Assembly (NCBI GenBank): GCA_022793355.1
Contig: JAAWCR010000111.1
Span: 1 to 35,970, forward strand
DNA length: 35,970 bases
Source of the DNA: Lawsonibacter sp.
GTDB lineage: Bacteria > Bacillota > Clostridia > Oscillospirales > Oscillospiraceae
Direction of reading: 5' to 3'
Below are positions 8,177 through 18,130 of this stretch, piece after piece. The notes below the pieces were generated by a model. It did not search any database. It was not told the origin of the DNA and worked only from the letters and a program-made list of their open reading frames with translations. Position 1 is the stretch's first letter. Each line of letters begins with the position of its first letter. The translations under genes and the position numbers were made by a program.

Positions 8177-9273
8177 ACTCTGTGGTCGATATACCCCTCG
8201 GCGCACAGCAGCTCGGCCAGCAGGACCCCGCCGCCGGCGGCGCCACGGAGGGTATTGTGGCTCAAGCCCACAAACTTGTAGTCGTACTGGCTGTCGGGGC
8301 GGAGGCGTCCGGCGGAGATGGCCATGCCACCCTCCAGATCTCGCTCGGTGTGGGCCTGGGGGCGGTCGGGCTCCTCGAAGTAGTGGATAAACTGCTTGGG
8401 AGCGGAGGGAAGGTCCAGCTCCTGGGCCCGGCCCTTGAAGTTCTTCCAGATTTCCTTGATCTGCTCCTCAGTGGGCTTTTTGCCCTCCTTAAAGCGGACA
8501 AAGACGGCAGCGGTGTGGCCGTCGGACACAGGCACCCGCAGACACTGGGTCGTAATGGCGGGACCGTCAGCCTTGACAATTTTTCCGTCCTCAATATGTC
8601 CCCACACCTTCAGCGGCTCCTGTTCGCTCTTTTCCTCCTCGCCGCCGATGTAGGGGATCAGGTTGTCCACCATCTCGGGCCAGCGCTCAAAGGTCTTGCC
8701 CGCACCGGAAATGGCCTGATAGGTGCAGGCCAGAACGCAGTCAATATCGTAGCCCTCCCGCATCAGGGGGGTAAGGAGGGGGGTATAGCTCTGAATGGAG
8801 CAGTTGGATTTAACGGCGATAAAGCCCCGCTTGACGCCCAGGCGCTTTCGCTGGGCGTGGATGATCTCGATATGCTGGGCGTTGAGCTCGGGGACCACCA
8901 TGGGCACATCGTCGGTCCAGCGGTTGGCGGAGTTGTTGGACACCACGGGACACTCCGCCTTGGCGTAGCGCTCCTCCAGCGCCTTGATTTCTTCCTTTTT
9001 CATGTCCACTGCGCAGAAAACGAAGTCCACCATTCCGGCGATCTGCTCCACGTTGGCTGCGGCGTCCATGACAACCAGCTTTTTCGCCTCCTCCGGGATG
9101 GGGGATTTCATGGCCCAACGACCGGCCACAGCCTCTTCATAGGGCTTACCCGCCGAGCGGGGGCTGGCGGCCAGGGCGGTGAGCTGAAACCAAGGGTGGT
9201 TTTCCATCAGGGTAACGAACCGCTGGCCCACCATGCCGGTAGCGCCGATGATACCTACTTTGTATTTTTCCAT
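8173..9273 (-). CDS. asd: Aspartate-semialdehyde dehydrogenase
   Basis: VGIIGATGMVGQ, KSNCS, YQAISGAG and SHNTLRGAAGG. Confidence 0.97.
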   Translation of the reverse strand: MEKYKVGIIGATGMVGQRFVTLMENHPWFQLTALAASPRSAGKPYEEAVAGRWAMKSPIPEEAKKLVVMDAAANVEQIAGMVDFVFCAVDMKKEEIKALEERYAKAECPVVSNNSANRWTDDVPMVVPELNAQHIEIIHAQRKRLGVKRGFIAVKSNCSIQSYTPLLTPLMREGYDIDCVLACTYQAISGAGKTFERWPEMVDNLIPYIGGEEEKSEQEPLKVWGHIEDGKIVKADGPAITTQCLRVPVSDGHTAAVFVRFKEGKKPTEEQIKEIWKNFKGRAQELDLPSAPKQFIHYFEEPDRPQAHTERDLEGGMAISAGRLRPDSQYDYKFVGLSHNTLRGAAGGGVLLAELLCAEGYIDHRV

Positions 9274-9504
9274 AACAAACAACCTCCATATCAGTCCAGA
9301 CCATTCTATGCTTCCGGGGAAAAAGGAATGTTTTTTTCGGAATAAATTGACCGGACGAAAAAAATAAATCAGCGGCTTTTCAAGCGGCTGATTTTGTACT
9401 ATAATGTCGGGGAGGGCAATTTTGCTCACGCAAGCCGCAGCCCTCAATATTTTTGATTATCCTATCATGTTTTCCGATACATTGTCAAGAGAATACCGAG
9501 AGAA

Positions 9505-11307
9505 ATGGAGTACATTATGCACAAAAGATTTATGCAGCTTGCCGCCGCCGTCCTGGCCGTCTGTCTGACCGTTCCATCCGCAGGAGCAGTCACCACCAAC
9601 CGAGACGGCGACACGATGATCCGGGTGGGGCTGGCCTCCACCAGTCCCCATGTGCCTACCGGAGAGCTGGAGGCGGCCCATCTCCAGAATGAGCACGGAG
9701 CGGGCTACCGCTTCGGCTACTACGACAGCAACCTGAATTTTGTGGAGCTGGCCCGTACCAGCAGGGATGTGGAGAAGGCGGCGGTGCTGAAAACGGAGAA
9801 TCTTTACTATGGCAAATCTACAACGCTGAATAAATATACTTATTCCGCATCTATTTCCAGTAGCATTCTGGTGGGGTGTGTCCATATTCAGCTGCCCGGA
9901 AGTTATGGCTCCTACGCCGAGGCAGCGGCCGTGGCCACCGGATATCGGGACGGCTTTGTTGCATGGATTGATGGGCAGTACCAGGTCCGGGTAGGGGCCT
10001 ACGCCACCGGAGCAGAGGCGCGGGAGGTGCAGGGCACCCTTGGGGGGATTGGCAGCATTGTGGGCACCAGCGCCTACGGTATGAGCGTCGTGGAGACAGG
10101 GACCGACCATATCCTGTTCCAGTACGACAACGGCGCCTCCGGAGCCCTGGCCATCCAGCCCGACGTCACCGGGGCAGGGGAGGTTCAGACCTGGTTTTCC
10201 GGGTATAAATACCGGGGGGGCTTCCAGTACCACAGGCGTACTGGAGGAAACCTCACCGTGGTCAATGTGCTGCCCCTGGAGGACTATATCAACGGAGTGG
10301 TCTGCTATGAGATGGGCCGGGAGTGGCCCTTGGAGGCCCTGAAGGCCCAGGCCCTGTGTGCCCGCACCTATGTGCTGAAAAACCTGGGGACGCACAACAG
10401 CCACGGCTTTGATATCTGCCCCTCAGACAGCTGCCAGGTCTACCGCGGCATGGGCAGCGAACGGCCTGACTACGGCCCCAGCGAGGCCAGTATGCGGGCA
10501 GTGGCCGAGACGGCGGGCATGGTAGTCAAGTACAACGGCAGACTGGCCGAGGTCTTTTACGTCTCCAGCTTCGGAGGGGCCAGCGAGGATGCCAAAAATA
10601 TTTGGGGGTCCGACACGGTCAACGAATATCCCTACCTTCGAGGGGTGGAGGACCCCTACGAGGCCGACCTGGACTACGCCAACGCCTTTTCCCCCTGGAC
10701 GGTGACCTATACCACCTCTCAGCTGACCCAGCAGCTTCAGAAGAGCGGCCTGGGTGTGGGGACTTCGGTGAAATCGCTGGAACTGCACTATTCTGATTTA
10801 GGCAATGTGATTCAGGCAACCGTCCATTGGGCCAACGGCCAAAACAGTACCATCAGTGCTAGCAACATCCGCAGCCGGTTTGATGTGCGGTCCATCCGCT
10901 TTACCGTCAACGGATCGGGGACAGGCGGTACAGGCGCACCATCTGACCCCGAAAATGGTGGAGAGGTCTATATCAACGGCTCCGCAGTGTCCGGCGGGAT
11001 AGAGGGCAAATATGCCATCTCCGGCTCAGGGGCAGTGTCGCAAGTAGGGGACAAGCCCTACGCCATCAGCGGAACCGGCTCCATATCCGCGGTGGGGACC
11101 GGCGGCGGGCCAAACAACAGCACAGCCACTCAGCCGGGGGGCGGGACAGTCACCGTCACCGGCAGCACCTACACCTTCAACGGCGGTGGGTGGGGCCATC
11201 AGGTGGGCATGAGCCAGTACGGCGCAAACGCCATGGCCCGCCGGGGCTTTACTGGCAGTGAAATCGTTGAGTTCTATTTCCCGGGTGTCCAGGTGGCACA
11301 CTATTAA
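9505..11307 (+). CDS. Secreted SpoIID/LytB-domain peptidoglycan lytic transglycosylase with SPOR-like segment
   Basis: Signal peptide; [34 protein letters not shown] and [13 protein letters not shown]. The start may be 9517. Confidence 0.9.
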   Translation: MEYIMHKRFMQLAAAVLAVCLTVPSAGAVTTNRDGDTMIRVGLASTSPHVPTGELEAAHLQNEHGAGYRFGYYDSNLNFVELARTSRDVEKAAVLKTENLYYGKSTTLNKYTYSASISSSILVGCVHIQLPGSYGSYAEAAAVATGYRDGFVAWIDGQYQVRVGAYATGAEAREVQGTLGGIGSIVGTSAYGMSVVETGTDHILFQYDNGASGALAIQPDVTGAGEVQTWFSGYKYRGGFQYHRRTGGNLTVVNVLPLEDYINGVVCYEMGREWPLEALKAQALCARTYVLKNLGTHNSHGFDICPSDSCQVYRGMGSERPDYGPSEASMRAVAETAGMVVKYNGRLAEVFYVSSFGGASEDAKNIWGSDTVNEYPYLRGVEDPYEADLDYANAFSPWTVTYTTSQLTQQLQKSGLGVGTSVKSLELHYSDLGNVIQATVHWANGQNSTISASNIRSRFDVRSIRFTVNGSGTGGTGAPSDPENGGEVYINGSAVSGGIEGKYAISGSGAVSQVGDKPYAISGTGSISAVGTGGGPNNSTATQPGGGTVTVTGSTYTFNGGGWGHQVGMSQYGANAMARRGFTGSEIVEFYFPGVQVAHY

Positions 11308-11329
11308 AAATGAAGAAGGATGTACGCTT

Positions 11330-12367
11330 TTGAAAACCGCCGATTTTGATTTTCAGCTCCCCGAAGAGCTGATTGCCCAAACGCCCCTGGAGCGGAGGGA
11401 CGCCTCCCGTCTGCTTACCCTGGATAAGACCACCGGGGCCGTAGGCCACCGCCATTTTTATGATCTGCCTCAATTTCTCCGGCCGGGAGACTGCCTGGTG
11501 CTCAACGATTCCCGTGTGCTGCCCGCCCGGCTCATCGGTCACCGTCCTACCGGTGGGGCCTGTGAAGTATTGCTCCTTGTCGATAAAGGGGAAAACCTCT
11601 GGGAATGCCTGGTTCGTCCGGGCCGGAAGCTGAAGCCCGGAACCCAGGTGTTGTTTGGGGACGGCCAGCTGACCGCCACCGTGGAGGCGGAGCTGGACGA
11701 CGGCAAACGGGAGGTCCGGTTTCACTATCACGGCATCTTCCTGGAGATTCTGGAGCAGCTGGGCAAAATGCCCCTGCCGCCTTACATCAAGGCGGAGCTG
11801 GAGGACCAGGAGCGATATCAAACCGTCTACTCCAAAGTGGTGGGTTCCGCCGCCGCCCCCACCGCCGGGCTCCATTTTACACCAGAGCTGCTGGAGCAGA
11901 TACGAAAACTCGGTGTAAAGGTATGTTACGTTACACTTCATGTAGGGCTTGGAACCTTCCGTCCTGTGAAGGCGGAGGATATTCAGGACCACGAGATGCA
12001 CTCTGAGTTCTGTATGATTTCGCAGGCAACCGCAGATACCATCAACGAGACCAAACGAAACGGCGGTCGGGTTATCTGTGTGGGCACCACCTCCTGCCGC
12101 ACTGTGGAGAGCTTTGCGGAGAAAGATGGAACCCTGGCGGAACGCTCCGGCTGGACCAGTATTTTCATCTATCCGGGTTACCGCTTTAAGGTGCTGGATG
12201 CTCTGGTCACCAACTTTCATCTGCCCCAGTCCACCTTGATTATGCTGGTGTCCGCTCTGGCGGGACGGGAGCGCGTTCTGGCCGCCTATGAAACGGCAGT
12301 GCAGGAAGGTTACCGTTTCTTCTCCTTTGGAGACGCCATGATGATCGCGGATTTTACGGAGTACTGA
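11330..12367 (+). CDS. queA: S-adenosylmethionine:tRNA ribosyltransferase-isomerase
   Basis: [45 protein letters not shown] and FFSFGDAM. Confidence 0.98.
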   Translation: MKTADFDFQLPEELIAQTPLERRDASRLLTLDKTTGAVGHRHFYDLPQFLRPGDCLVLNDSRVLPARLIGHRPTGGACEVLLLVDKGENLWECLVRPGRKLKPGTQVLFGDGQLTATVEAELDDGKREVRFHYHGIFLEILEQLGKMPLPPYIKAELEDQERYQTVYSKVVGSAAAPTAGLHFTPELLEQIRKLGVKVCYVTLHVGLGTFRPVKAEDIQDHEMHSEFCMISQATADTINETKRNGGRVICVGTTSCRTVESFAEKDGTLAERSGWTSIFIYPGYRFKVLDALVTNFHLPQSTLIMLVSALAGRERVLAAYETAVQEGYRFFSFGDAMMIADFTEY

Positions 12368-12368
12368 T

Positions 12369-13154
12369 ATGCCGCAACTGAGCTTTACTAATGAACGTAT
12401 TCTGGAGGTTGCGCTTCGGCAGTCCGCTGTTGACGCCGGCTGCCAAAGGGATGATTTTTTAAGGGATAAAAACGTTATTGTCGCCTCTCAGAAAAGTCCG
12501 GGGGCCAGAAAATATTTAGAGCTTCCCTTTTCCTGCCATCTGATTTCCTACGGGAGCAATGTTGTGGCTTCCGTCTCCAATCGGTATTGGGACATTGTGT
12601 CAGCCTACATCGCACGTTTTCCGGCGGAACATTGTTTTGAAACACCGAATCTGCATATTCTGAACGACGCCCTGGAGCAGGAAGGGCAACGGGTCTGCTT
12701 TATGGCGGAGTATTTTCTTCCGGATTTGGAGCGGCTGACCGCGCACGAGTGTCCCTACCCAACAAAGCTGCTTGGACCGAAGGATTTTGGACCGCTGTAC
12801 CTCGACACATGGAGCAATGCCCTGTGTGAAAAACGCAGGGAACTGGATGTGTTGGGCATTGGCGCTTACGATGGGAGGCAGTTAGTCGGTTTTGCGGCCT
12901 GTTCCGCAGACTGTGAAGAGATGTGGCAGATTGGCGTGGATGTACTTCCAGATTACCGAAAGCGGGGGATTGCATCTGCGCTGACCAGCCGGCTGGCGTT
13001 GGAAATTTTGAAGCGGGGCAAGGTGCCTTTTTACTGCTGTGCCTGGTCTAACGTAAAATCCGCCCGCAACGCGGTGAAGAGCGGCTTTCATCCAGCCTGG
13101 GTGGAACTAACGGCAAAAGAAATTCCTTTTGTGGAAAACTTAAACCAAAGATAA
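12369..13154 (+). CDS. GNAT family acetyltransferase
   Basis: QIGVDVLPDYRKRGIASAL acetyl-CoA motif; WSNVKS..NA.KSGF. Confidence 0.88.
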   Translation: MPQLSFTNERILEVALRQSAVDAGCQRDDFLRDKNVIVASQKSPGARKYLELPFSCHLISYGSNVVASVSNRYWDIVSAYIARFPAEHCFETPNLHILNDALEQEGQRVCFMAEYFLPDLERLTAHECPYPTKLLGPKDFGPLYLDTWSNALCEKRRELDVLGIGAYDGRQLVGFAACSADCEEMWQIGVDVLPDYRKRGIASALTSRLALEILKRGKVPFYCCAWSNVKSARNAVKSGFHPAWVELTAKEIPFVENLNQR

Positions 13155-13186
13155 TTACCAGTGAAGAGACAAAAAGGAGTAAATTC

Positions 13187-13309
13187 ATGGAACTGAACAA
13201 GCTGCCCAATATTGGTCCGGAGCTGACCCGGCTGCTGAACGAGGTGGAAATCCGTGACTCGGAAGAGCTAAGGGAGCTGGGGGCGTTTTTTGACGGTCTG
13301 CCCAAATAA
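13187..13309 (+). pseudogene. TfoX C-terminal-domain gene with probable internal deletion (40 aa)
   Basis: AAGGAG RBS; MELNKLPNIGPELTRLLNEVEIRDSEELRELGAFFDGLPK. The LPNIG HhH start typical of ~85-aa TfoX_C proteins is joined to a short tail. Confidence 0.6.
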
Positions 13310-13321
13310 TGGGAAAATGCT

Positions 13322-13642
13322 ATGGTTTTTACGTATAAGGAGCTAAAAGAGTATGTGAGGGGGGATTTTGAGCGGTTTTATGAGATGGGATTTCAAGAAG
13401 AACAGATTTTTCTCGCTGTTTTGGATGAATATAAATACGGGAAAGATTTTTGTCCCATAGAAAATCTTTGTATCCATATTTTTTTAGCACTTAATTATTT
13501 ACGAAAGGGCTTGAACACGGACGTAGTAGCCGAGCATTTAAGGCGACTGCTAACTGAAGTGTCAGAGTATCTTATTAAGTCAGATTTGGGAAATGAGTAC
13601 CCAAATTACATTACAGATTTGAAGGAGATTTTGCGTGTTTGA
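13322..13642 (+). CDS. Hypothetical AT-rich helical protein (weakly Imm3 immunity-like)
   Basis: 106-aa ORF with lower GC that overlaps the tgt start; the family resemblance is by eye only. Confidence 0.45.
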   Translation: MVFTYKELKEYVRGDFERFYEMGFQEEQIFLAVLDEYKYGKDFCPIENLCIHIFLALNYLRKGLNTDVVAEHLRRLLTEVSEYLIKSDLGNEYPNYITDLKEILRV

Positions 13643-14768
13643 AGTAATAAAACAAGAGGGCCGAGCCCGGAGAGGGGTATTCATCTGCGCCCACGGGGCG
13701 GTTCAAACCCCCGTATTTATGAATGTAGGCACTCAGGGGGCCATCAAAGGGGCGGTATCCGCCCACGATTTAAAGGAGATTGGCTGCCAGGTGGAGCTGT
13801 CCAACACCTACCACCTCCATCTGCGCCCTGGTGACGAGGTGGTCCGCCAAATGGGTGGTCTCCACAAATTTATGGGCTGGAACGGCCCAATGCTTACCGA
13901 CAGCGGAGGGTTCCAGGTCTTTTCTCTGTCCAAGCTGCGAAAAATCAAGGAGGAAGGTGTCACCTTCGCTTCCCACATCGACGGGCGGCACATCTTTATG
14001 GGCCCGGAGGAGTCTATGCAGATTCAGTCCAATCTGGGCAGCGATATCGCCATGGCATTCGACGAATGTGTGGAAAATCCATCTCCCTACGAGTATGTAA
14101 AGGCTTCCTGTGAGCGGACAGCCCGGTGGCTGGAGCGCTGCATCGCAGAGCATGACAGGTTAAATGCCTTGCCGGAGACAGTCAACCCTCAGCAGCAACT
14201 GTTTGGTATTAACCAGGGGGGAACTTACGCCGATTTGCGTGTGTGGCATATGGAGAAAATTGCCAGTCTTCGTTGCGATGGCTATGCCATCGGCGGGCTG
14301 GCGGTGGGGGAGCCCACCCAAGTGATGTATGATATTATTGACGCAGTGGAACCCCATATGCCGAAGACAAACCCCCGGTATCTGATGGGGGTGGGCACTC
14401 CCTCCAACATCATCGAGGGGGTAGCCCGGGGGATTGATTTCTTCGACTGCGTTATGCCCGCTCGCAACGCCCGACACGGTAAGCTGTACACATGGGAGGG
14501 GACCATCAACATCAAAAATGAAAAATTCAAGCTGGATGAGCGCCCCATTGACTTTGCCTGTGACTGCCCCGCCTGCCGCTCCTTTTCCCGAGCCTATCTG
14601 CGCCATTTGCTGACGGCGGGGGAGATGCTGGCCATGCGGCTGGCGGTGCTCCACAACCTTCACTTCTATAACGAACTGATGGCCCGCATCCGGGAAGCGC
14701 TGGATAACGGAACCTTTGAGGATTTCCGCACCCGGTACTCTGGTTTGCTGGACCGACCCGCTCCGTAG
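13635..14768 (+). CDS. tgt: tRNA-guanine transglycosylase
   Basis: TPVFMNVGT, NTYHL, TDSGGFQVFS, GGLAVGE, DFFDCVMP and CDCPAC. Confidence 0.98.
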   Translation: MFEVIKQEGRARRGVFICAHGAVQTPVFMNVGTQGAIKGAVSAHDLKEIGCQVELSNTYHLHLRPGDEVVRQMGGLHKFMGWNGPMLTDSGGFQVFSLSKLRKIKEEGVTFASHIDGRHIFMGPEESMQIQSNLGSDIAMAFDECVENPSPYEYVKASCERTARWLERCIAEHDRLNALPETVNPQQQLFGINQGGTYADLRVWHMEKIASLRCDGYAIGGLAVGEPTQVMYDIIDAVEPHMPKTNPRYLMGVGTPSNIIEGVARGIDFFDCVMPARNARHGKLYTWEGTINIKNEKFKLDERPIDFACDCPACRSFSRAYLRHLLTAGEMLAMRLAVLHNLHFYNELMARIREALDNGTFEDFRTRYSGLLDRPAP

Positions 14769-14823
14769 GACTTCGGTTCACGCGCAGTGGTTTATCAGGA
14801 TGTGAAAAATTTGACAAAAGGGC

Positions 14824-14852
14824 TTGTCAATTTAGGAAATATCCGCTATAAT
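14824..14852 (+). promoter_or_regulatory. Sigma-A promoter of yajC
   Basis: TTGTCA-N17-TATAAT. Confidence 0.7.
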
Positions 14853-14920
14853 ATTTTTCACTGCGTCAAATGATATTTGTTGACAAGTTCGATTATGCAG
14901 TAGTTTTGGAGGAAAGATTT

Positions 14921-15202
14921 ATGACCGATCCTAGTTTGATCCTTATGCTCGTGCTGATGTTCGCCATGCTATATTTCTTCATGATTCGCCCGGAGAACAA
15001 GCGGAAGAAGGAGGCCCAAAATCTGCGGGACTCCCTGAAGGTTGGCGATGTCATTACCACTATCGGCGGCATTGTGGGCACCATCTGCAAGGTGGACGAG
15101 AGCACCATCGTTATTGAGACCAGCGCCGACCGGGTGCGCATTGAGTTTACCAAGTGGGCGGTGTCTAGCAAGAACGTGGCCCCCGCTGAGCCCAACGCTT
15201 AA
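14921..15202 (+). CDS. yajC: Preprotein translocase subunit YajC
   Basis: YFFMIRPENKRKK..LKVGDVITTIGGIVG; tgt-yajC synteny. Confidence 0.95.
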   Translation: MTDPSLILMLVLMFAMLYFFMIRPENKRKKEAQNLRDSLKVGDVITTIGGIVGTICKVDESTIVIETSADRVRIEFTKWAVSSKNVAPAEPNA

Positions 15203-15269
15203 AAAGTTACAGGCATGTCTTTTGCCCTCCCCGCATAGGTTTTATCAAACCATGGGGGAGGGTGTTTTT

Positions 15270-15692
15270 ATGAAAAAGAAGGAGCGGCGTCCGGAGGAAT
15301 CCGGTAACCAGTGGCTCAATACCATGTGCGAGGTGCTGAAAGGCGGCGTGCTGGCTGGAGTGGCCTCCATTCTGGCACTGCTGCTCTGCGCGGTTCTGGT
15401 GTCTGCGGGCGTGCTTCCGGTGAATGGCATGTACGGGGCGGTGCTGGCCTGCTGTGTGCTGGGCGCGATGGCGGGCGGGACCTATGCTGTTCGCCGGGTG
15501 GGCGGACGGACGCTGCTGGCGGGACTGGGGGTGGGTGGCGTGCTGTTTCTGCTGCTGCTCACCGCGGGGCTCATCGCCTATGAGGGGGCAAGTATCGCCA
15601 ACGGCGGAGCCGGAATCCTGTGCGCTTGCCTGTGTGGTGGGGCTATCCCGGGACTTTTGGCAAGAAAACCCAAGAAAAAACGCAGAAGATGA
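15270..15692 (+). CDS. TIGR04086-like membrane protein
   Basis: Four Gly/Ala-rich TM helices; conserved position between yajC and scfA in clostridia; sigma-E-like CATAGGTT at 15234-15241. Confidence 0.75.
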   Translation: MKKKERRPEESGNQWLNTMCEVLKGGVLAGVASILALLLCAVLVSAGVLPVNGMYGAVLACCVLGAMAGGTYAVRRVGGRTLLAGLGVGGVLFLLLLTAGLIAYEGASIANGGAGILCACLCGGAIPGLLARKPKKKRRR

Positions 15693-15721
15693 TTGAAATT
15701 TTTTTGCAGCTGTGTTATAAT
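15693..15721 (+). promoter_or_regulatory. Sigma-A promoter of scfA
   Basis: TTGAAA-N17-TATAAT with extended TG. Confidence 0.7.
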
Positions 15722-15774
15722 AAATCTCACTATAGCAGAATCTGCTGTAAGCTACCAAACAGGAGGAGTAACCA

Positions 15775-15915
15775 ATGAAACATATCCAGACTTTGAATGG
15801 GGCCACTTTGAAGGCCAGCGCCGCTACGGGCGGCTGCGGTGAGTGCCAGACTTCTTGCCAGTCCGCCTGCAAGACTTCCTGCACTGTCGCCAACCAGAAG
15901 TGCGAGAACAAGTAA
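15775..15915 (+). CDS. scfA: SCIFF six-cysteine ranthipeptide precursor (46 aa, absent from the ORF track)
   Basis: AGGAGG RBS; MKHIQTLNGATLKASAATGGCGECQTSCQSACKTSCTVANQKCENK. Confidence 0.97.
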   Translation: MKHIQTLNGATLKASAATGGCGECQTSCQSACKTSCTVANQKCENK

Positions 15916-15930
15916 ATCCAAAAGCCTGAA

Positions 15931-15959
15931 AGGGCGGGCGCGTTTGCGCCTGCCTTTTT
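15931..15959 (+). terminator. Stem-loop/terminator after scfA
   Basis: AGGGCGGGCGC-GTTT-GCGCCTGCC followed by TTTTT. Confidence 0.65.
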
Positions 15960-16008
15960 GCTGTCCGTTCCTTTTACAATTCCGAAACTGCTCAAAGGGG
16001 TGCTGTAT

Positions 16009-16413
16009 ATGGGAACTTATAGCCTGATCATTCTCCTAGTGTTTGGCGTTGTAATTTACTTACTCTACGGTCGGGGCCTGGCGGTAACGAAAAATATCGC
16101 TGCTGTCCTGTTTGTGTTTCAGCCTGGACGGGAAGCTGACCGGGTGAGACTGAACTCCTGCACCGGCTGGATCCGGCACGTAGGCCGGTTCCGGGGAGCG
16201 CGAATTTGCCTGTTTGACTTCGAGGACCGGCTTTCGAATGGGAAAGCGGAGGTACTTCTGTTAGACCGAAACAAGCGGCCGTTGCTGAGGCTGAACCGGC
16301 AGTCGCCTAGAGGAAGGATTCAAGTAGAGGAAGGCAGCAGATATTATCTGAGTTGGGAATTTCAAAATGCAACCGGACAGTGCGAGCTGCGCTGGAAAGA
16401 GCTGAAACCGTAA
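16009..16413 (+). CDS. Hypothetical protein with N-terminal TM helix
   Basis: AAGGGG RBS; MGTYSLIILLVFGVVIYLLY followed by a beta-rich domain. Confidence 0.6.
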   Translation: MGTYSLIILLVFGVVIYLLYGRGLAVTKNIAAVLFVFQPGREADRVRLNSCTGWIRHVGRFRGARICLFDFEDRLSNGKAEVLLLDRNKRPLLRLNRQSPRGRIQVEEGSRYYLSWEFQNATGQCELRWKELKP

Positions 16414-16432
16414 ATGAGAGGAGACATTTAAA

Positions 16433-17854
16433 ATGACAACGGTACATACCTTTACCGCCCTGGGGCAATATCTGGCGGCGGACGTGAACAGCGGAGCGGT
16501 CCACGTGCTGGACAGGCTCACCTATGATCTGCTCAGCGGGGCAGGGGAAAGGCCCTTGGTGGAAACACTGCCCCAGGAGGTTGCGGACAAGCTGCCCCAG
16601 TATGATCGGGCGGAGCTGGAGGAAGGCTGGCAGGAGCTGCTGGAGCTGCAAAAGAGCGGGCTTCTCTTCACTGCCGACGACTACTTGGACCCAGAGGCGG
16701 CCATGGCTCTGCCTAAAGCCGCAGTGGTGAAAGCGCTGTGTCTCCACGTGTCCCACGACTGCAATCTCCGGTGCAAATACTGCTTTGCCTCCACCGGAGA
16801 CTTCGGTACCGGCCACCGGATGACCATGGATCTGGATACGGCTAAAAAGGCCATCGATTGGGTGGTAGCCAAGTCGGGGAGCCGACGGAATATTGAGGTG
16901 GACTTCTTCGGCGGCGAGCCGCTGATGGCGATGGACGTGGTGAAAGGGACCGTGGAGTATGCCCGCTCTTTGGAGCAAACCCATAATAAGGTGTTCCGCT
17001 TCACCATTACCACCAACGGTGTTCTGCTGGATGACGAGACCATCGACTACGTAAACCGGGAGATGTCCAATGTGGTGCTCTCTCTGGACGGCCGGCAGGA
17101 GGTCAATGACCAGATGCGCCCCACGGTAAACGGGAAGGGGAGCTATGAGGTGATTGTGCCCAAGTACCAGAAGCTGGTGGCTCAGCGGGGAACCAAGGAC
17201 TACTACGTACGGGGCACCTTCACCCGGGACAACTTGGACTTCGCCGGGGATGTTCTGCACATAGGGGACCTGGGCTTCCGCCATGTGTCGGTGGAGCCAT
17301 GCAGCGGTTCTCCCGAGGACCCTCACGCCATCCGGGCCGAGGATTTGAGCAGGGTAGAGGAGGAGTACGAGAAGCTGGCCGGGTTGCTGCTTGAGCGCAA
17401 GGACATTAACTTTTTTCACTTCAATGTGGACCTGACCCAGGGGCCCTGCGTCATCAAACGGCTGCGGGGCTGCGGCGCGGGGTGTGAGTACGTTGCCATC
17501 ACCCCCGACGGGGACATCTACCCCTGCCATCAGTTCGTGGGGAAGGAAGAGTACCGCATGGGCAGTGTCCACGACGGCTCCTTCGATAGGGCGATTTCTG
17601 GTCAATTTGCCCAACAGAATGTGTATACCCGCCCGGCATGCCGGGAGTGCTGGGCCAGGTTCTATTGCAGCGGCGGCTGTTCCGCCGCCAATTTACTTGC
17701 GAATGGCGACATAACAAGGTCAAATGAGGTCGCCTGCGCAATGGAACGCAAGCGTCTGGAGTGCGCCATCGCGCTGAACGCCATTGCGGCGGGGATGGGG
17801 GAATGCCCCAATACAGTTTGTAATAATACAGATTGTAATCTCTGCGGCTGCTGA
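16433..17854 (+). CDS. scfB: SCIFF radical SAM/SPASM maturase
   Basis: HDCNLRCKYC, DFFGGEPL, CGAGCEY..IYPCHQF and CRECWARFYCSGGC. Confidence 0.96.
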   Translation: MTTVHTFTALGQYLAADVNSGAVHVLDRLTYDLLSGAGERPLVETLPQEVADKLPQYDRAELEEGWQELLELQKSGLLFTADDYLDPEAAMALPKAAVVKALCLHVSHDCNLRCKYCFASTGDFGTGHRMTMDLDTAKKAIDWVVAKSGSRRNIEVDFFGGEPLMAMDVVKGTVEYARSLEQTHNKVFRFTITTNGVLLDDETIDYVNREMSNVVLSLDGRQEVNDQMRPTVNGKGSYEVIVPKYQKLVAQRGTKDYYVRGTFTRDNLDFAGDVLHIGDLGFRHVSVEPCSGSPEDPHAIRAEDLSRVEEEYEKLAGLLLERKDINFFHFNVDLTQGPCVIKRLRGCGAGCEYVAITPDGDIYPCHQFVGKEEYRMGSVHDGSFDRAISGQFAQQNVYTRPACRECWARFYCSGGCSAANLLANGDITRSNEVACAMERKRLECAIALNAIAAGMGECPNTVCNNTDCNLCGC

Positions 17855-17913
17855 GCTTCCGGGCGTTTGTTCAATATTTAGCCGTCAGCCTCAAAACGAA
17901 CACCATATTTAGC

Positions 17914-17951
17914 CGCAACCGAAGTCCTCGCTGGGTCTTCGGTTGCGTTTT
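17914..17951 (+). terminator. Terminator after scfB
   Basis: CGCAACCGAAG ... CTTCGGTTGCG followed by TTTT. Confidence 0.75.
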
Positions 17952-18029
17952 GGTTTCTAGGTTTACATAATGCTGTTAACATAAGAAATTGAAAGAATTG
18001 ACAAAAGTGGAAAAACTGCAAAAAACCCC

Positions 18030-18121
18030 TTGCTAAAAAGCGCAAATAGGGATATAGTAAGTACTACCCTAAAAACAGACTTTTGCGTTCACGTCTATTC
18101 TTTTTCCCCCCTGCATAGGCT
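18030..18121 (+). promoter_or_regulatory. Tandem sigma-A and sigma-E-like promoters of spoIIM-xerD
   Basis: TTGCTA-N17-TATAGT (18030-18058) and CATAGGCT (18114-18121). Confidence 0.5.
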
Positions 18122-18130
18122 GATACTGAG

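Noticed and set aside
6632-9345. Long plus-strand ORFs (332 aa, 407 aa) and similar shadow ORFs elsewhere
   Set aside because: Antisense shadows of GC-rich genes (dapA, asd, queA, scfB, xerD, rep) with no motifs or RBS.
9274-9450. Lysine riboswitch, T-box or preQ1 riboswitch
   Set aside because: The conserved motifs and required length are not recognisable.
10915-11170. Gly/Ser/Thr-rich repeats in the SpoIID protein (YAISG twice)
   Set aside because: A low-complexity linker insertion common in clostridial SpoIID/LytB proteins; no DNA-level array.
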